Shown piece by piece: positions 27,383-38,934 of a DNA stretch of 44,425 nt; position 1 is the first letter of the stretch, and every line of letters begins with the position of its first letter. A model generated the notes under the pieces. It worked only from the letters and a program-made list of their open reading frames with translations, had not been told where the DNA came from and searched no databases. The stretch covers positions 1-44,425 of the forward strand of contig NW_021834913.1 in assembly GCF_006345805.1 (NCBI RefSeq), written 5' to 3'. The position numbers and the translations under genes are program-made. Source of the stretch: Octopus sinensis. Lineage: Eukaryota.

Positions 27383-27966
27383 TTCTCCAGAAAAGACTCC
27401 GACCTATCACGCGAAGATATTGATATCACATTAGCAGCTCGCTGAACTATCATACTGTTCAATGGGCAAACCTGTGCCCGCAAGAACACACCACCTTTTT
27501 TCGATATCTCTATGGGGGTCTATGACTCCGCTCAAGTTACAGATGCCCAACCTCCTGTTCCTTAGATAGTAGCTGTACCACCTAAAACACCGTTTACAAG
27601 TGTACAAAATCTCATAAAACTCTCTCGCTCTCTCTGTGTCAGTGAGGTCAAATATATATATATATAGATATATATATATATATATATATATATTGGCTCG
27701 TGCATCACTAACTTCAAAGCTAGAGTTGGAAACCACTACTCTAGCTTGAAGTCACAATCAAATTCCAAAAGTACATCTTTATCTCAGCTTATCCACAAAC
27801 TAAAGAAAAATTCACCCACGCCAATCCATACAGCGACTATAATAACAAATGCAATCTCTGCATAGCTGAACACTTAGCTATTGTGCATTCCACAGATTGG
27901 CTTAATGAAAGTGAAAGCATAATTTTTACCTGTTAACATCGGTTGCGCAAACTATTCTCAGAATAA
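27383..27966 (+). pseudogene. Penelope-like element RT and GIY-YIG endonuclease remnant (internally deleted)
   Basis: AAR*TIILFNG...RKN...FDISMGVYDSAQVTD (PLE RT FDVTMGS.D.A motif). Then YIGSCITNFKARVGNHYSSL...TSLSQLI, and PY...NKCNLCIAEHL...TC*H in the next frame. Confidence 0.85.
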
Positions 27967-28395
27967 AGTTAACATCTCACCCCGTGCATCATTCCCCCAT
28001 CAGCCTTTAGAAACATTCCCCTTTATTTACCCACACAACCACCATATATTAAGCCACCAATATTATCCCAATACATTCCCTTTAACTATTTACTCTCGTT
28101 TACATATTTCTTTACAGTTAATACCCTTTTTGTTCTAGTATTTCACCTGTCTCCTCTCCACCTAACCATTTGTAAACTTACAAGTACATACGCCGGCATA
28201 TACCTCTGTTCACACAAACAACGTACATTCCTCTATTGATAGCTTTTAATAGTTACAATTATTCGCCATTCTCTCTTCAATTCCAATTCTAATCTACCTC
28301 ATCCCTTCAAGCATACATGACCACATATATTTCTCTACCTTCTTCCCTCGACATTATCTGCTTTTCGAATACCACTCACCTTGATGATATAATAT

Positions 28396-28594
28396 GAGTG
28401 TTTATTGTGGTATTATAGCTGTTTTAACTGCTATTTCTAGATATATGAGGGCTTTATAACCTTCCCCGTTATCATTATGATTTATTCACAATTATACACT
28501 CTTCTTTGAAATATATATATATATATATACTTTATTTAAAGCAGCAGAATATTCAACAAAACCTGTTACTCTGAGTTTCGCGTTGCCGTTCATC
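28396..28594. repeat. Inverted duplicate of 30565-30832 (pLTR end, (AT)n, truncated hammerhead)
   Basis: 28396-28512 is the reverse complement of 29018-29138 and 30715-30832. 28530-28594 is the reverse complement of 30565-30630, with the HHR core cut at ..GATGA. Confidence 0.85.
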
Positions 28595-28943
28595 TAAGAC
28601 ACCACCAAAATAGCCCTATTGAAAAATACCGATGAAATGACCTTGCATAAATTCCTTACTTCTCCCACTTCCTTATGTTTTTATTCCTTTCATTTTTTTG
28701 TATCGTTTACTTTTATATTCCTGATTTCTCTCCACGTTTATATTCTCCCCTTTTAGGATGCTCTCTAAGCATACTGATCGAATCTTACGTTTGTTAACAT
28801 GCAGCTCCATGCGACAATGAAAGCTTTCATTTAATCAAGATAACACTTGGCCTGATGAATTGCCTCTTGTATAAATCCCGTTTGCCCCCTTAACTCTTGT
28901 GTGTCTGTGTGTATATATACATATATATATGTATAAGTATATG

Positions 28944-29008
<65 letters not shown>

Positions 29009-29017
29009 TATATATAT

Positions 29018-29417
29018 ATATTTCAAAGAAGAGTGTATAATTGTGAATAAATCATAATGATAACGGGGAAGGTTATAAAGCCCTCATATATCTAGAAATA
29101 GCAGTCAAAACAGCTATAATACCACAATAAACACTCAATTATATCTCCTCAACATTAAAAGCTGTCGGCAATCGACATGACATAAAAATTAATGGTTATT
29201 CCTCTATTGCAATTTCGAAGTTTGGAAACAAAAATAAGTCCATTCTTCTCGTCAGGAGAACATTCCTGTTCATAGAAATTAACACTAAAAACATGTTGCT
29301 TAACAAGTGTCTCAACTGGTAAGAACAACGTATCAACGTCTATCTACACAATTCAAATTCTGAGTTCAAATGACGTGCACAGCGTTTATAAGGAGAGACC
29401 AGTTAAACGGACCACAT
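29018..29417 (-). mobile_element. PLE-type terminal repeat unit carrying an intact hammerhead
   Basis: Direct duplicate at 30715-31028 (HHR half deleted), diverged unit at 31187-31325. Starts at (AT)n. Confidence 0.75.
29200..29260 (-). ncRNA. Type I hammerhead ribozyme motif, intact core
   Basis: TTCTC-CTGACGA-GAAG(24 nt)CTTC-GAAA-TTGCAA-TA-GAGGA. G10.1-C11.1 pair, palindromic ATTGCAAT stem III, AUA site. Confidence 0.8.
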
Positions 29418-29424
29418 TGGCAAA

Positions 29425-29669
29425 TCTTTATATATAAAAGTGAAGTTGTGTGTCTGTCTCCTACGATTTAGATTCCTAACTACTCCCACATTTTGCGGTG
29501 TAGTTTAACCGAAACCGGGTATCTTATAGTCGTGATTCATATCGAGCCCTTCTGGGTATTAGCGCGCGTCTACGATGAGTCTACGATTGAAAAAAAAATT
29601 ACCATAATTTTTCCGCTTTTTTAATGCATTTTCGCTCGGTTTATATAATGGAGGTAACTCTCTAAAAAT
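29425..29669 (+). mobile_element. Non-autonomous Helitron-like 5' portion
   Basis: A|TCTTTATATATAAAAGTG start. Internal AATTTACCATAATTTT...TAACTCTCTAAAAA is similar to the reverse complement of 44280-44340. Confidence 0.6.
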
Positions 29670-30340
29670 GTATTATGAAAGCTTTCATTTAATCAAGATA
29701 AATCTTTGCCTGATAACTTGCCTCTAGTATAAATCTCGCTTGCCCCCTTAACTCTTGTGTGTCTCATGTGTAAATATATATATATGTATATGTATATATA
29801 TATATACATACACACTCACACACACGCATATATATATTTAATTAATTAGCTAACAGCGACAGGAGTAGTATTAATACCTAAATCCAATCTTCATATATGT
29901 TTCATTAGAACACCGAATATTGCGCAATTTACCACGTGAGAACCATTCATATCAACGCATGGTGCCTAAAAGCACTCGTATATCACTGACAGACGAAAGT
30001 TTTCCACCATCTGCGCCGAAACTATTCGATCATATAATTTCGACAAATGCGTTAACTCCAGTTGTAAGTTAGCCGCATCGCATACACTGCACATTGTCAG
30101 CAATATAAAGAGAGTGTCATTGTCTTTTCGGACAGTATTGCCACAATTAACCAGCAAGGTGATTTAAATGGCACAATCAATAGAGAAAGATGTTGTATTA
30201 ATAAGAAAACGCGATCTGCATATCCAAAGTTTGTTGTGTTAGAACACAGAATACTACTTTATTTACCTTAAGAGTGACTCATATAAAGATGTACGTTGTA
30301 TGTATGTATGTAGGTATGTATGTATATACATATATATATA

Positions 30341-30391
<51 letters not shown>

Positions 30392-30397
30392 ATATAC

Positions 30398-30630
30398 CGG
30401 AGTAAACACATAAATGTGAAACAAGGTGGACAAAAGAGTACTCAAATACCAGTGGTAGAGTAATATGCTTTATTTAAAGCAGCAGAAAATTCAGCAAAAC
30501 CTGTTATTCTGAGTTTCGCGTTGCCGTTCATCGGGTAGTTTTACCATGCTAGCAAAAACTGTCCGATGAACGGCAACGCGAAACTCAGAGTAACAGGTTT
30601 TGTTGAATTTTCTGCTGCTTTAAATAAAGT
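30398..30630. mobile_element. Inverted pair of PLE-type ends with hammerhead-like cores
   Basis: 30468-30533 and 30563-30630 are reverse complements. Both outer ends meet (AT)n. Confidence 0.8.
30553..30602 (+). ncRNA. Variant minimal hammerhead motif (C at core position 4)
   Basis: CAAAAACTGT-CCGATGA-ACG GCAA CGC-GAAAC-TCAGA-GTA-ACAGGTTTTG. Stem I 9/10 bp, GNRA loop II, quasi-palindromic ACTCAGAGT. Confidence 0.6.
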
Positions 30631-30639
30631 ATATATATA

Positions 30640-30714
<75 letters not shown>

Positions 30715-30717
<3 letters not shown>

Positions 30718-31325
30718 CAAAGAAGAGTGTATAATTGTGAATAAATCATAATGATAACGGGGAAGGTTATAAAGCCCTCATATATCTAGAAATAGCAGTC
30801 AAAACAGCTATAATACCACAATACACACTCATGTTATATCTCCTTAACATTAAAAGCTGTCGGCAATCGACATGACATGTAAATTAAAGGTTATTCTTCT
30901 ATTGCAATTTCGAAGTTTGAAAACAAAAATATCAAAAAACAACGTATCAACGTCTATCTACACAATTCAAATTCTGTGTTCAAATGTCGGGCACAGCGTT
31001 AATAAGAAGAGACCAGTTAAACGGACCACAGCGAAGAACAGTGACAAATAATTAATAAAAGTGGAATGGATGTAAAAAAAACATTACACCAGACGTATCG
31101 TAAATAATTCAAAAGGATTTCCGAATATATCAGGGGCCAGAGCATGCAATAAAAAATGTCTTCATAAAACAAAAACAATATATAAATGTGAATAAATCAC
31201 AATTATAACGGAGAGAGAGCTATAAAAACCCCTTAAATGTCTAGAAATAACAGTCAAAGCAGTTATTGGGACACTTAAATACTCCTATCTCCTCAAATAT
31301 AAAAACAGTCGGCCAGCAATACAAC
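30715..31325 (-). repeat. Tandem PLE-type units (young copy plus diverged copy)
   Basis: TGTGAATAAATCA.AAT.ATAACGG...TCTAGAAATA.CAGTCAAA.CAG.TAT at 30737 and 31187. Confidence 0.75.
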
Positions 31326-31373
<48 letters not shown>

Positions 31374-31431
31374 AAATATTATTGGTGAATTGAAGAAATG
31401 GAGCTGAACGCAGATTGAACAGAAATCGTTT

Positions 31432-31524
31432 TATTTCATTCTACACGTGTTTCGAAAGGCACAATTTACCAAAATCCGATTGAATAATGGGACCATATTG
31501 TGTCTTTCTCTTCAGGAAGAAATA
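31432..31524 (-). ncRNA. Canonical type I hammerhead ribozyme motif
   Basis: TATTTCTTC-CTGAAGA-GAAAGACACAAT(31 nt)ATTGTGCCTTTC-GAAAC-ACGT-GTA-GAATGAAATA. 11-bp stem II, palindromic ACACGTGT, 9-bp stem I with one bulge. Confidence 0.85.
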
Positions 31525-31949
31525 GGAAATCCGTTGGAAAAAACAAAAACAGGACAGAGGCGGAGCAAGACAAATCGAACTAGGCTCCTAAGAGCCCATG
31601 GCGAAACTGTTTATCAGTGTATGTTGAGAACCGGTGGCTGAAGAATTTAACGGGTCAGGCATCGGTCAATCATGTGGGTGAGGGTGTGTAGATGTTCTTT
31701 GTGACCGAGAATAAAGTTCTGACTATTTAAGGAATATTGGATGTTTTATAAGGGGCGAGAAAAAATCTACTTAGAGATGTGTGTGTGTATACTGTTCTAT
31801 ATATGTGTGTGCTGGCGTAGGGGTAGAAAACATTTTTTGTGTACGTGTGTGCGTTTGATCGTTCGGCTGTCAGTGGCTACTGCAGTGAGAACCGTTGGGT
31901 GGCAGAAAAAAAAATATATATATATTATGTTTTATGTGTGTGTGTGTTC

Positions 31950-32200
31950 ATCTAGGCCTGCCTTGTCAAGGAAACCCCCCGTTGTGAAAAAACCAAGCCC
32001 TGTTTATCTTACAGGAGTAATTCCCCTTGCAGTGGTTAATCGTAGATATCTTAAAGGCTATTTCAGAATTTGTTACCAAGGGCTATGGGTGCCGGTATTA
32101 TTTATGAACGCTATTTAAAAGCCAGATAAGTGTAACGCCGCCAATGGGGGCATCGAAAAGCCGACTGTAAAAGCCCGTTTACCATCCGGCCTCTGGCAAA
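31950..32200 (-). pseudogene. Possible decayed PLE RT thumb fragment
   Basis: MVNGLLQSAFRCPHW...LH...AFINN.G loosely resembles LL.RA....S.W..FH.E...L...F..NGY. Heavily broken. Confidence 0.3.
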
Positions 32201-32329
32201 CAAAATATGGAAGAGTTCGGAGACACAAAGGTTGCACTGCCTTCTGCCCCTATCAATGTATATATATATATACATATATATATACATAAATACATAAATA
32301 CATAAATACATACACACATATATACATAA

Positions 32330-32360
<31 letters not shown>

Positions 32361-32489
32361 CATAAATACATACACACACACACACATATATATATAGAGA
32401 GAGATACATATACATATATATATGTATATATATACATACACATCCATATATACACACATACACACATATACACATAAACACAGCGCCAC

Positions 32490-32631
32490 GACAGACTTCT
32501 CTGCTTTTCTGTCTACCAAACTCACTCACAAGGCTTTGGTCAGTAATAAAAGAACGTCCAAGGTACTACGCAGTGGGATTGAATCCAGCACCATGTGGTT
32601 GGAAATCAAACCTCTTACCACAGTGCCACTC
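32490..32631 (-). mobile_element. Old SINE family 1, 5' part
   Basis: Degenerate head and CTACCAAA.TCACTCACAAGGCTTTGGTC body. Confidence 0.7.
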
Positions 32632-33269
32632 TGTGAAGAAAATTCGTCTCAAAGAATGATGCTTTCTATTGTCGAAACTGTATCTTTTTTTTAATCTCAG
32701 CTGCCATGTGCTGAAAAGCTTTGCAAGCAACAATCATTTTTTAAAAATTTTATTTGTAATCTCTGTATTTTGTGAAACTATGTTGCGAAAATGCTATCTA
32801 GAATATCAAAGTGTACACACTTTTTACGAGTTGTGAAAGAATTTAAGAATTACCGATAAAAGTCAAAATACCTGCGAAAAAAATAAGTCAAATAATCTCC
32901 TTAAACTGTTTTCCCAACTAATTCAAATGAAATCATATATTTTCCTAGACAGAAGAGTTTACTATAGATTGGAAAAGAAAGCGAAGGGAAAAGAGATTTT
33001 CATTGCTATTTCTGCCATTTTAGATCCGCTTAATGCATAAGTCTTATTGTGACACACAAATTCTTTGTATTGTCATATTGGTAGAATCATTAAGCACGTT
33101 GGACAAAATAACTTAGTGTCAATTTTTAGCTTCAGGGTACAAATCTTATTACGTCAACGTACTTTTAATCATTACACAGCGGATTAAATAATGTGCCAGT
33201 GAAATGTTTGGGCGATGGATTGTGTATAAATCAGTAACCACCATCTTATAGATAAGATTAAAGGTGCAA

Positions 33270-33630
33270 AATGCAGCGAGCGAGCTGAATAAATAGCACC
33301 ACGAGCAAAATGCTTTGCGATGTGTCATCTCAGTGTACGTTCTTAGTTCAAATTTTACCATGGTCAGTTTTTTGGGGTTGATAACATCATTGGTAGTGAA
33401 GAACTGGGATCAGTTTGGTCTTGCGCCAAAGTTTGACAGAAATATTAGAGTTGCCAGCGCCGAGAATTGTTATTGCTTTAGGTAAAAGTCTATTTTGGTT
33501 TATCTCTCATCTTCTGATTCCTCGGTTCCAAATCCATCGAGGTGAACCAAACTTTTCGTCATTTCGCAGGTCGATAAAATAAAGTACAACTCAAACCTCG
33601 TTGTCGATGTGATCGAGTAAAAAAACTCCC
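33270..33630 (+). mobile_element. Two very old SINE family 2 remnants
   Basis: GCGAGCTG...AGCAC...AAAATGCTT...AGTTCAAATT, and GGTCGATAAAATAAAGTAC...GTCGATGTGATCGA. Confidence 0.55.
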
Positions 33631-34099
33631 ATCACAATGTCTGATATAGGATGACTATCCGAAATATTAGCTAAAGTATTCTATAACTACCAGAAATATT
33701 AGCTAAAATATTCTATAACTATTGTATCAAACCAAAAGTAATAAATAGCTTGCATGTAGAATGTTATGATGTTGTCTGAATTTGTCTCGTTTTGAAAGCA
33801 TTTTGATATAAATTTGGCAAGGCAGGGTGCAAGTATGCAGGGCTATAAATAATAACGACTTAGACACATGTGAATTGTTCGCAGTGAGTTCAGGCTGCTG
33901 CTCAGTGAAAAGATGAATGTTCGCATGGCAAGATGTGAACCACGAATGGCTGATATTAATTTTCTAATATATTGCAGCAGTCTGGTAATATATAATATTC
34001 TTATGTAAGTACAATCAGGTATATTTTAGAGTGCATTGTTTCGAATGAACTCAGAAGATGCTTTGTCCTTTCAAAGATCTTTTCGTCAAAGAAATACAT

Positions 34100-34560
34100 G
34101 AATGGAATTTAAACACACACACACCACACACAACACATTCCCTGAAACACACACACACACACACAAACACACATGTACACACAAACACATGCACACAAAG
34201 ACACACCCTTTCTCACACTCATACACACAGACGCACACACAGAATACCACAAACGCAGACACACACAAGGACACACACACAAACACACACACACAAACAC
34301 ACATACACACAGACACACACATACGCAGACATATATGTATATACACATAGAGTACGCACATGATTGTATATATACATATATATATTCGTATACATATGTA
34401 TGGATAAATATATACATGCATATACACACACACACACAGAGGCACACAAATACAACACACACACCACACATAAACAGGCACACACACACCACACATAAAC
34501 AGGCACACACACACCACACATAAACAGACACACAAACACAAACAAACACACACACACGTA
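34100..34560. repeat. (CA)-rich compound repeat with 25-bp minisatellite units
   Basis: Direct reading. ACACACACCACACATAAACAGGC is repeated near 34460-34530. Confidence 0.9.
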
Positions 34561-35322
34561 TATGTTCAAAGAAATTCAAAAGAATTGCGAAATGGTTTGC
34601 ATCAGTGAAATTTCTTTTCTCCTACCTCCAACAACCTTTTAACCAATATATTACGTATTTTTTTTCTTTCTTTTGTTTGGCAAGCAATTGTATTCTTGTT
34701 TGCCAAAGAAGGTTTCTTGGTACAAATGCTAAATTATATTGTTATAATGGCAGGAAATTCCCATATTAGAACACTCCAATCTATAAATACATAAATAAAA
34801 AAAACACGTAAACAAAATATCTAAATAAATAGATAAATAAATAAATAAGTATACAAAACGAACAAGAATCAGCAGAAATGCAAAATACCAATTTCTGAAT
34901 TAAAACAAGAGAAAGATTTAAAAATAAAGGAAACTTAATATATAGATTTGATTATTTTAGCAAACCATTATATAAAGGAAACGTTACATGTTGTATTGTT
35001 AAACAAATTCGTATTTTTGTTTGGTATGGCTGTTTCTGATTGATCCCATTATGTCTTCCAAAGTCAATAATCTTTGTTTGTCGTTGTTTGAATTCGGATA
35101 TATTTAATGCATCTATTGCTGTACAGATAACATGCGTTGCGTAAATGTATTCGCATGTATATATGTATGTATTATGTGTGCATGTACGTATGTATGTATA
35201 TTTGTACTTTGTTTATGTGGGTGTGTTTCTTTGTGTGTGTGAGCGTGTACATGGTTATATATGCAAATGTCATTATATATATATACGTTTATGTGTGTAT
35301 GTATATGTCTACACATAAGCAT

Positions 35323-35367
<45 letters not shown>

Positions 35368-35535
35368 TATATGTGTGTATATATTCTGTACATATATATA
35401 TAAATAAATAAATATATATATACATAAATAAATATATATATATATATATACACATAAAGACATACATACTCAAGCCTATACGCATTTATAAAATTGTGCA
35501 TGTAGGTGTCTACATATGTATCCATATGTATACGA

Positions 35536-35598
<63 letters not shown>

Positions 35599-36162
35599 TC
35601 ATGTGTGCCTGAGTGTGTGCATGTGTGTATATACAGAAGGAGAGATAAAAGCACATAAGTACGATTAGTTTGTAAATTAAGGTAAACTGATGTCAAAATG
35701 TGGATGGACAAACAGACACACACACACACATGCATACACATGCACGCACATACACGCACACACATGCACAGACACACGCATATATATTCGCAGTTGTGTA
35801 TATTTACGTAATTAATTTTGTTTTTATACGGAATACTATGAGTTATTCATGACATTAGATTATCTAGGGACACAGATGTCAAAGTGAAAGTGAAATAAGA
35901 AAGATTTGCTTATACAGCAAATACTTAGATTCTTCTAGAAAGTAGCATGAATGTCACATGGCTGTAGGATATAAAATAACAATAAAATATACCACGTTCA
36001 ATGTGGAATTCAATGTCTACCAATATTTTACGCTTTCCTCCTGTATTATAAATGCATGACACGCAACTCACAAACAAAGCCAATTGCACACACATGCGTG
36101 CACAGATATCGACGAAGTCAAATACAGCCGTAAGCAAAACAGCCAACGAGCACAATGACATC

Positions 36163-36197
<35 letters not shown>

Positions 36198-36548
36198 ATT
36201 GAAACTATAAACCACCTAACCTCAGGGTGAAGAGTCTTAGCACCTGTAGATATATAAAGCAAGACATGACAGAGTCGGCCAATGTTTACACTGGACAATA
36301 TGTCGGCATTATGAAATCAAAACCGCTGACAAATGGTATGAACACAATCCTGAAGCTGTGACTGAGGGAGAAAATGTGTCTATTCTATGGGACTTCCCCG
36401 TACGTACCGACAAAATTATATAAGCTAATAAACCGGATATTATTATAAATGATTAGACAAAAAAGTTGTGTTTATTAATTGACATGAGTATACCTTGCGA
36501 CCACAATATAGCGGCGAAAGAATTTGACAATTTCAGTAAATATAAAGG
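36198..36548 (+). pseudogene. R4/Dong-type non-LTR retrotransposon C-terminus (zinc knuckle plus RLE endonuclease)
   Basis: ETINHLTSG*RVLAP...RHDRVGQCLHW...KWYEHNPE...ILWDFPVRTDK...NKPDII...LIDMSIPCDHNIAAKE. Begins directly after (AAT)n. Confidence 0.85.
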
Positions 36549-36725
36549 CCGATTACAGCTTGGCACCTGTGACATCGCAACACATTTCTAGAGTTGAGGG
36601 AACTGGGGCAACATGAAATAAAGTGTCTTGCTCAAGAACACAACACGCAGCCCGGTCCGGGATTCGAAGTTACAAGCTCACGATCGTAAGCTCGACGCTC
36701 TAACCACTGAGCCATGCGCCTTCAC
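36549..36725 (-). mobile_element. tRNA-Arg(ACG)-like SINE with CORE-like segment (family 3-related)
   Basis: GGCGCATGGCTCAGTGGTTAGAGCG...CTTACGA...TTCGAATCCC, then TTCTTGAGCAAGACACTTTATTTC. Confidence 0.8.
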
Positions 36726-36784
36726 ACACACACACATATATATGTATATGTATATATGTATGTGTATATATATATGTATATATG

Positions 36785-36820
<36 letters not shown>

Positions 36821-36843
36821 AATATTAGTATATATATATATTA

Positions 36844-36954
<111 letters not shown>

Positions 36955-37279
36955 GATATATATAATATTAATATATATATATATATACATACATACACAC
37001 ACACAGACTGATGAATTTGTTTTACCAGATTCCTGATGTGAAATCGTCTATTTGAATAAATATTGTTATACTTTGTGGGGATGGTCACAGAAGTGGTAAG
37101 AGAAGTATGACAAATAAACTAAAAATAATAAATCTAAACAGAATATGAGTTAAATAGAGTGTACGTTTAATAAGCAACATATGACAATAACCAAATGTAT
37201 TAATTCATATAAAATAATGGTTTTACATTTCGGCCCCCTCATGAAATATTTCTGCCAGAAAGCCAGATATTTTGTAGAA

Positions 37280-37660
37280 CGATGGAAATCGACTCGTTTA
37301 TATCGACTCCAATATTTAAGAGGTAACTTTTTTAGTGATTCGAGATGATGAAATGCTAAGTTGATAACGGTAGACATGAACTCAAAAAGTAAAGCTTCCC
37401 AAGAAAAACCGCTATGCATTGTGTGCCAATGCCACGCCTTATATATTTGTATAACAGTAATTTTCGTTTGTCTTAGCAGAAGGCCAGTAATGTTGAGGGG
37501 GAAGAAAACCGATTGTGTCACCCTAGTGCTCTAGTGGCACTTATTTTGTCAATACCAGAAGAATGAAAGGCAAAGCCGAAGTTTTGAACTTAGAACGTAA
37601 ATATTCAGAAGAAATATTGTTAGCTATTTTTTCCAGCTTGCTAAAGATTCTACTAGGACA
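37280..37660 (-). mobile_element. Old SINE family 2 remnants
   Basis: Degenerate ATCGAC...GATGAAA.GC.AAG...TGAACT motifs, twice. Confidence 0.55.
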
Positions 37661-37679
37661 TATTGGTAATACTTTAGGG

Positions 37680-37898
37680 CAGTGGTTTTCAACCAGGCTT
37701 CCGCGGAACCTTAGGCTTCCGCCAGCACAGTCCAGGGGTTCCGCAAGAAGTTACAAAACTGCTAAAATCGGCAGTAATTTTTAATTCTCCTGTGAAGATA
37801 TGTGTGCATAAGACTATTAAATTATTGCACAGGGGTTCCTCAAGCCAGTGGAATGTTTCCTTGGGGTTCCGCTCCAGCAAAAAGTTTGAAAAGTACTG
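37680..37898. mobile_element. hAT-superfamily MITE (219 bp)
   Basis: TIRs CAGTGGTTTTCAACC and GTTTGAAAAGTACTG. Perfect 8-bp TSD CTTTAGGG at 37672-37679 and 37899-37906. Confidence 0.9.
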
Positions 37899-38560
37899 CT
37901 TTAGGGTAATAATAACTAATCATTAACATGAAGAAATCAAATACACCTACACACAGCCAAATGCGTTTTTGATATACTGCGGTTGTCGATGTTTAAACAA
38001 AACAAGGTCATATCATTGCCATATTAACTTAAATACACTTTGTTTCAACATGGCTAATTAGAAATTGATAATTAGTGTGTAACAGTTTTTTTTTTCCTCA
38101 TATGTTATTTATTTTTGGGGAAATTAATATTTTGTAAAACTGTCCTGCAATTCTTTTATTCATCAGATGTTTCCATGAAATGAACTTCAAGCATAGAGAA
38201 GTAATTAGGTGTTAATGAATATCAAAATAATTCAGTCAGGTCACTAGAGCAAACAGACGAGTTCTCTGAACTCATGTACTCCAGTGCAGTGAGGTCAAAC
38301 ATATTTATTTTGTTATTAATTGAGTCAAGTTAATGAACTTGAGGTCGATTGGATGACTTTGTATAATCAGGAGAGCATAAAAAAAAAATAATAAAATACA
38401 CCTTCAAGGAATATTGTTATTACATTTTAAGTATTTATTATAGAAAAAAAAAAGATTGATTCTTGTCGTACTCCATTCTAAAGACAATCCAAATTATTAC
38501 CTCTAAGTCCTTGGCTATTTAGCAGAAATACATAACTGAAATCTGAATATTTTAAGAGCA

Positions 38561-38708
38561 TAGCGGTTCGGCAAAAGAGACCGATAGAATAAGTACTGGG
38601 CTTACAAAGAATAAGTCCCGGGGTCGATTTGCACGACTAAAGGCGGTGCCCCAGCATGGCCGCAGTCAAATGACTGAAACAAGTAAAAGAGTAAAGAGTA
38701 AAAGAGAG
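38561..38708 (+). mobile_element. SINE family 1, 5'-truncated (3' half)
   Basis: TAGCGGTTCGGCAAAAGAGACCGATAG through the (AAAAGAGT)n tail. Confidence 0.9.
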
Positions 38709-38934
38709 TTTCTTTTGCCCATCTAAGTCACGCGGTCAAGGTGGAACATCGATTTGAAGGGGTTATTGAAACAAGACAACAACAGGCCCTATATTGTCTG
38801 AAGTCAGGTTTTTTCTTAAAACAGTCGTTCAGTCGAACCGCTAAGTTACAGCAAATCAAGGTAAGCAAAATCAGTTGTCAGGCAGTGTTCTCTGTCTGTC
38901 CGTTTGTCTATTTTTCTTCAATATATATTCTTTT

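Noticed and set aside
28815-28870. Possible type II hammerhead (CAAT-GAAAGCTTTC...CTGATGA-ATTG), also at about 25480-25530
   Set aside because: Stem I does not fold, and the pairings are not conserved between the three copies.
33840-33860. TATA-box-like CTATAAATA as a promoter
   Set aside because: Expected by chance in AT-rich DNA, with no downstream gene evidence.
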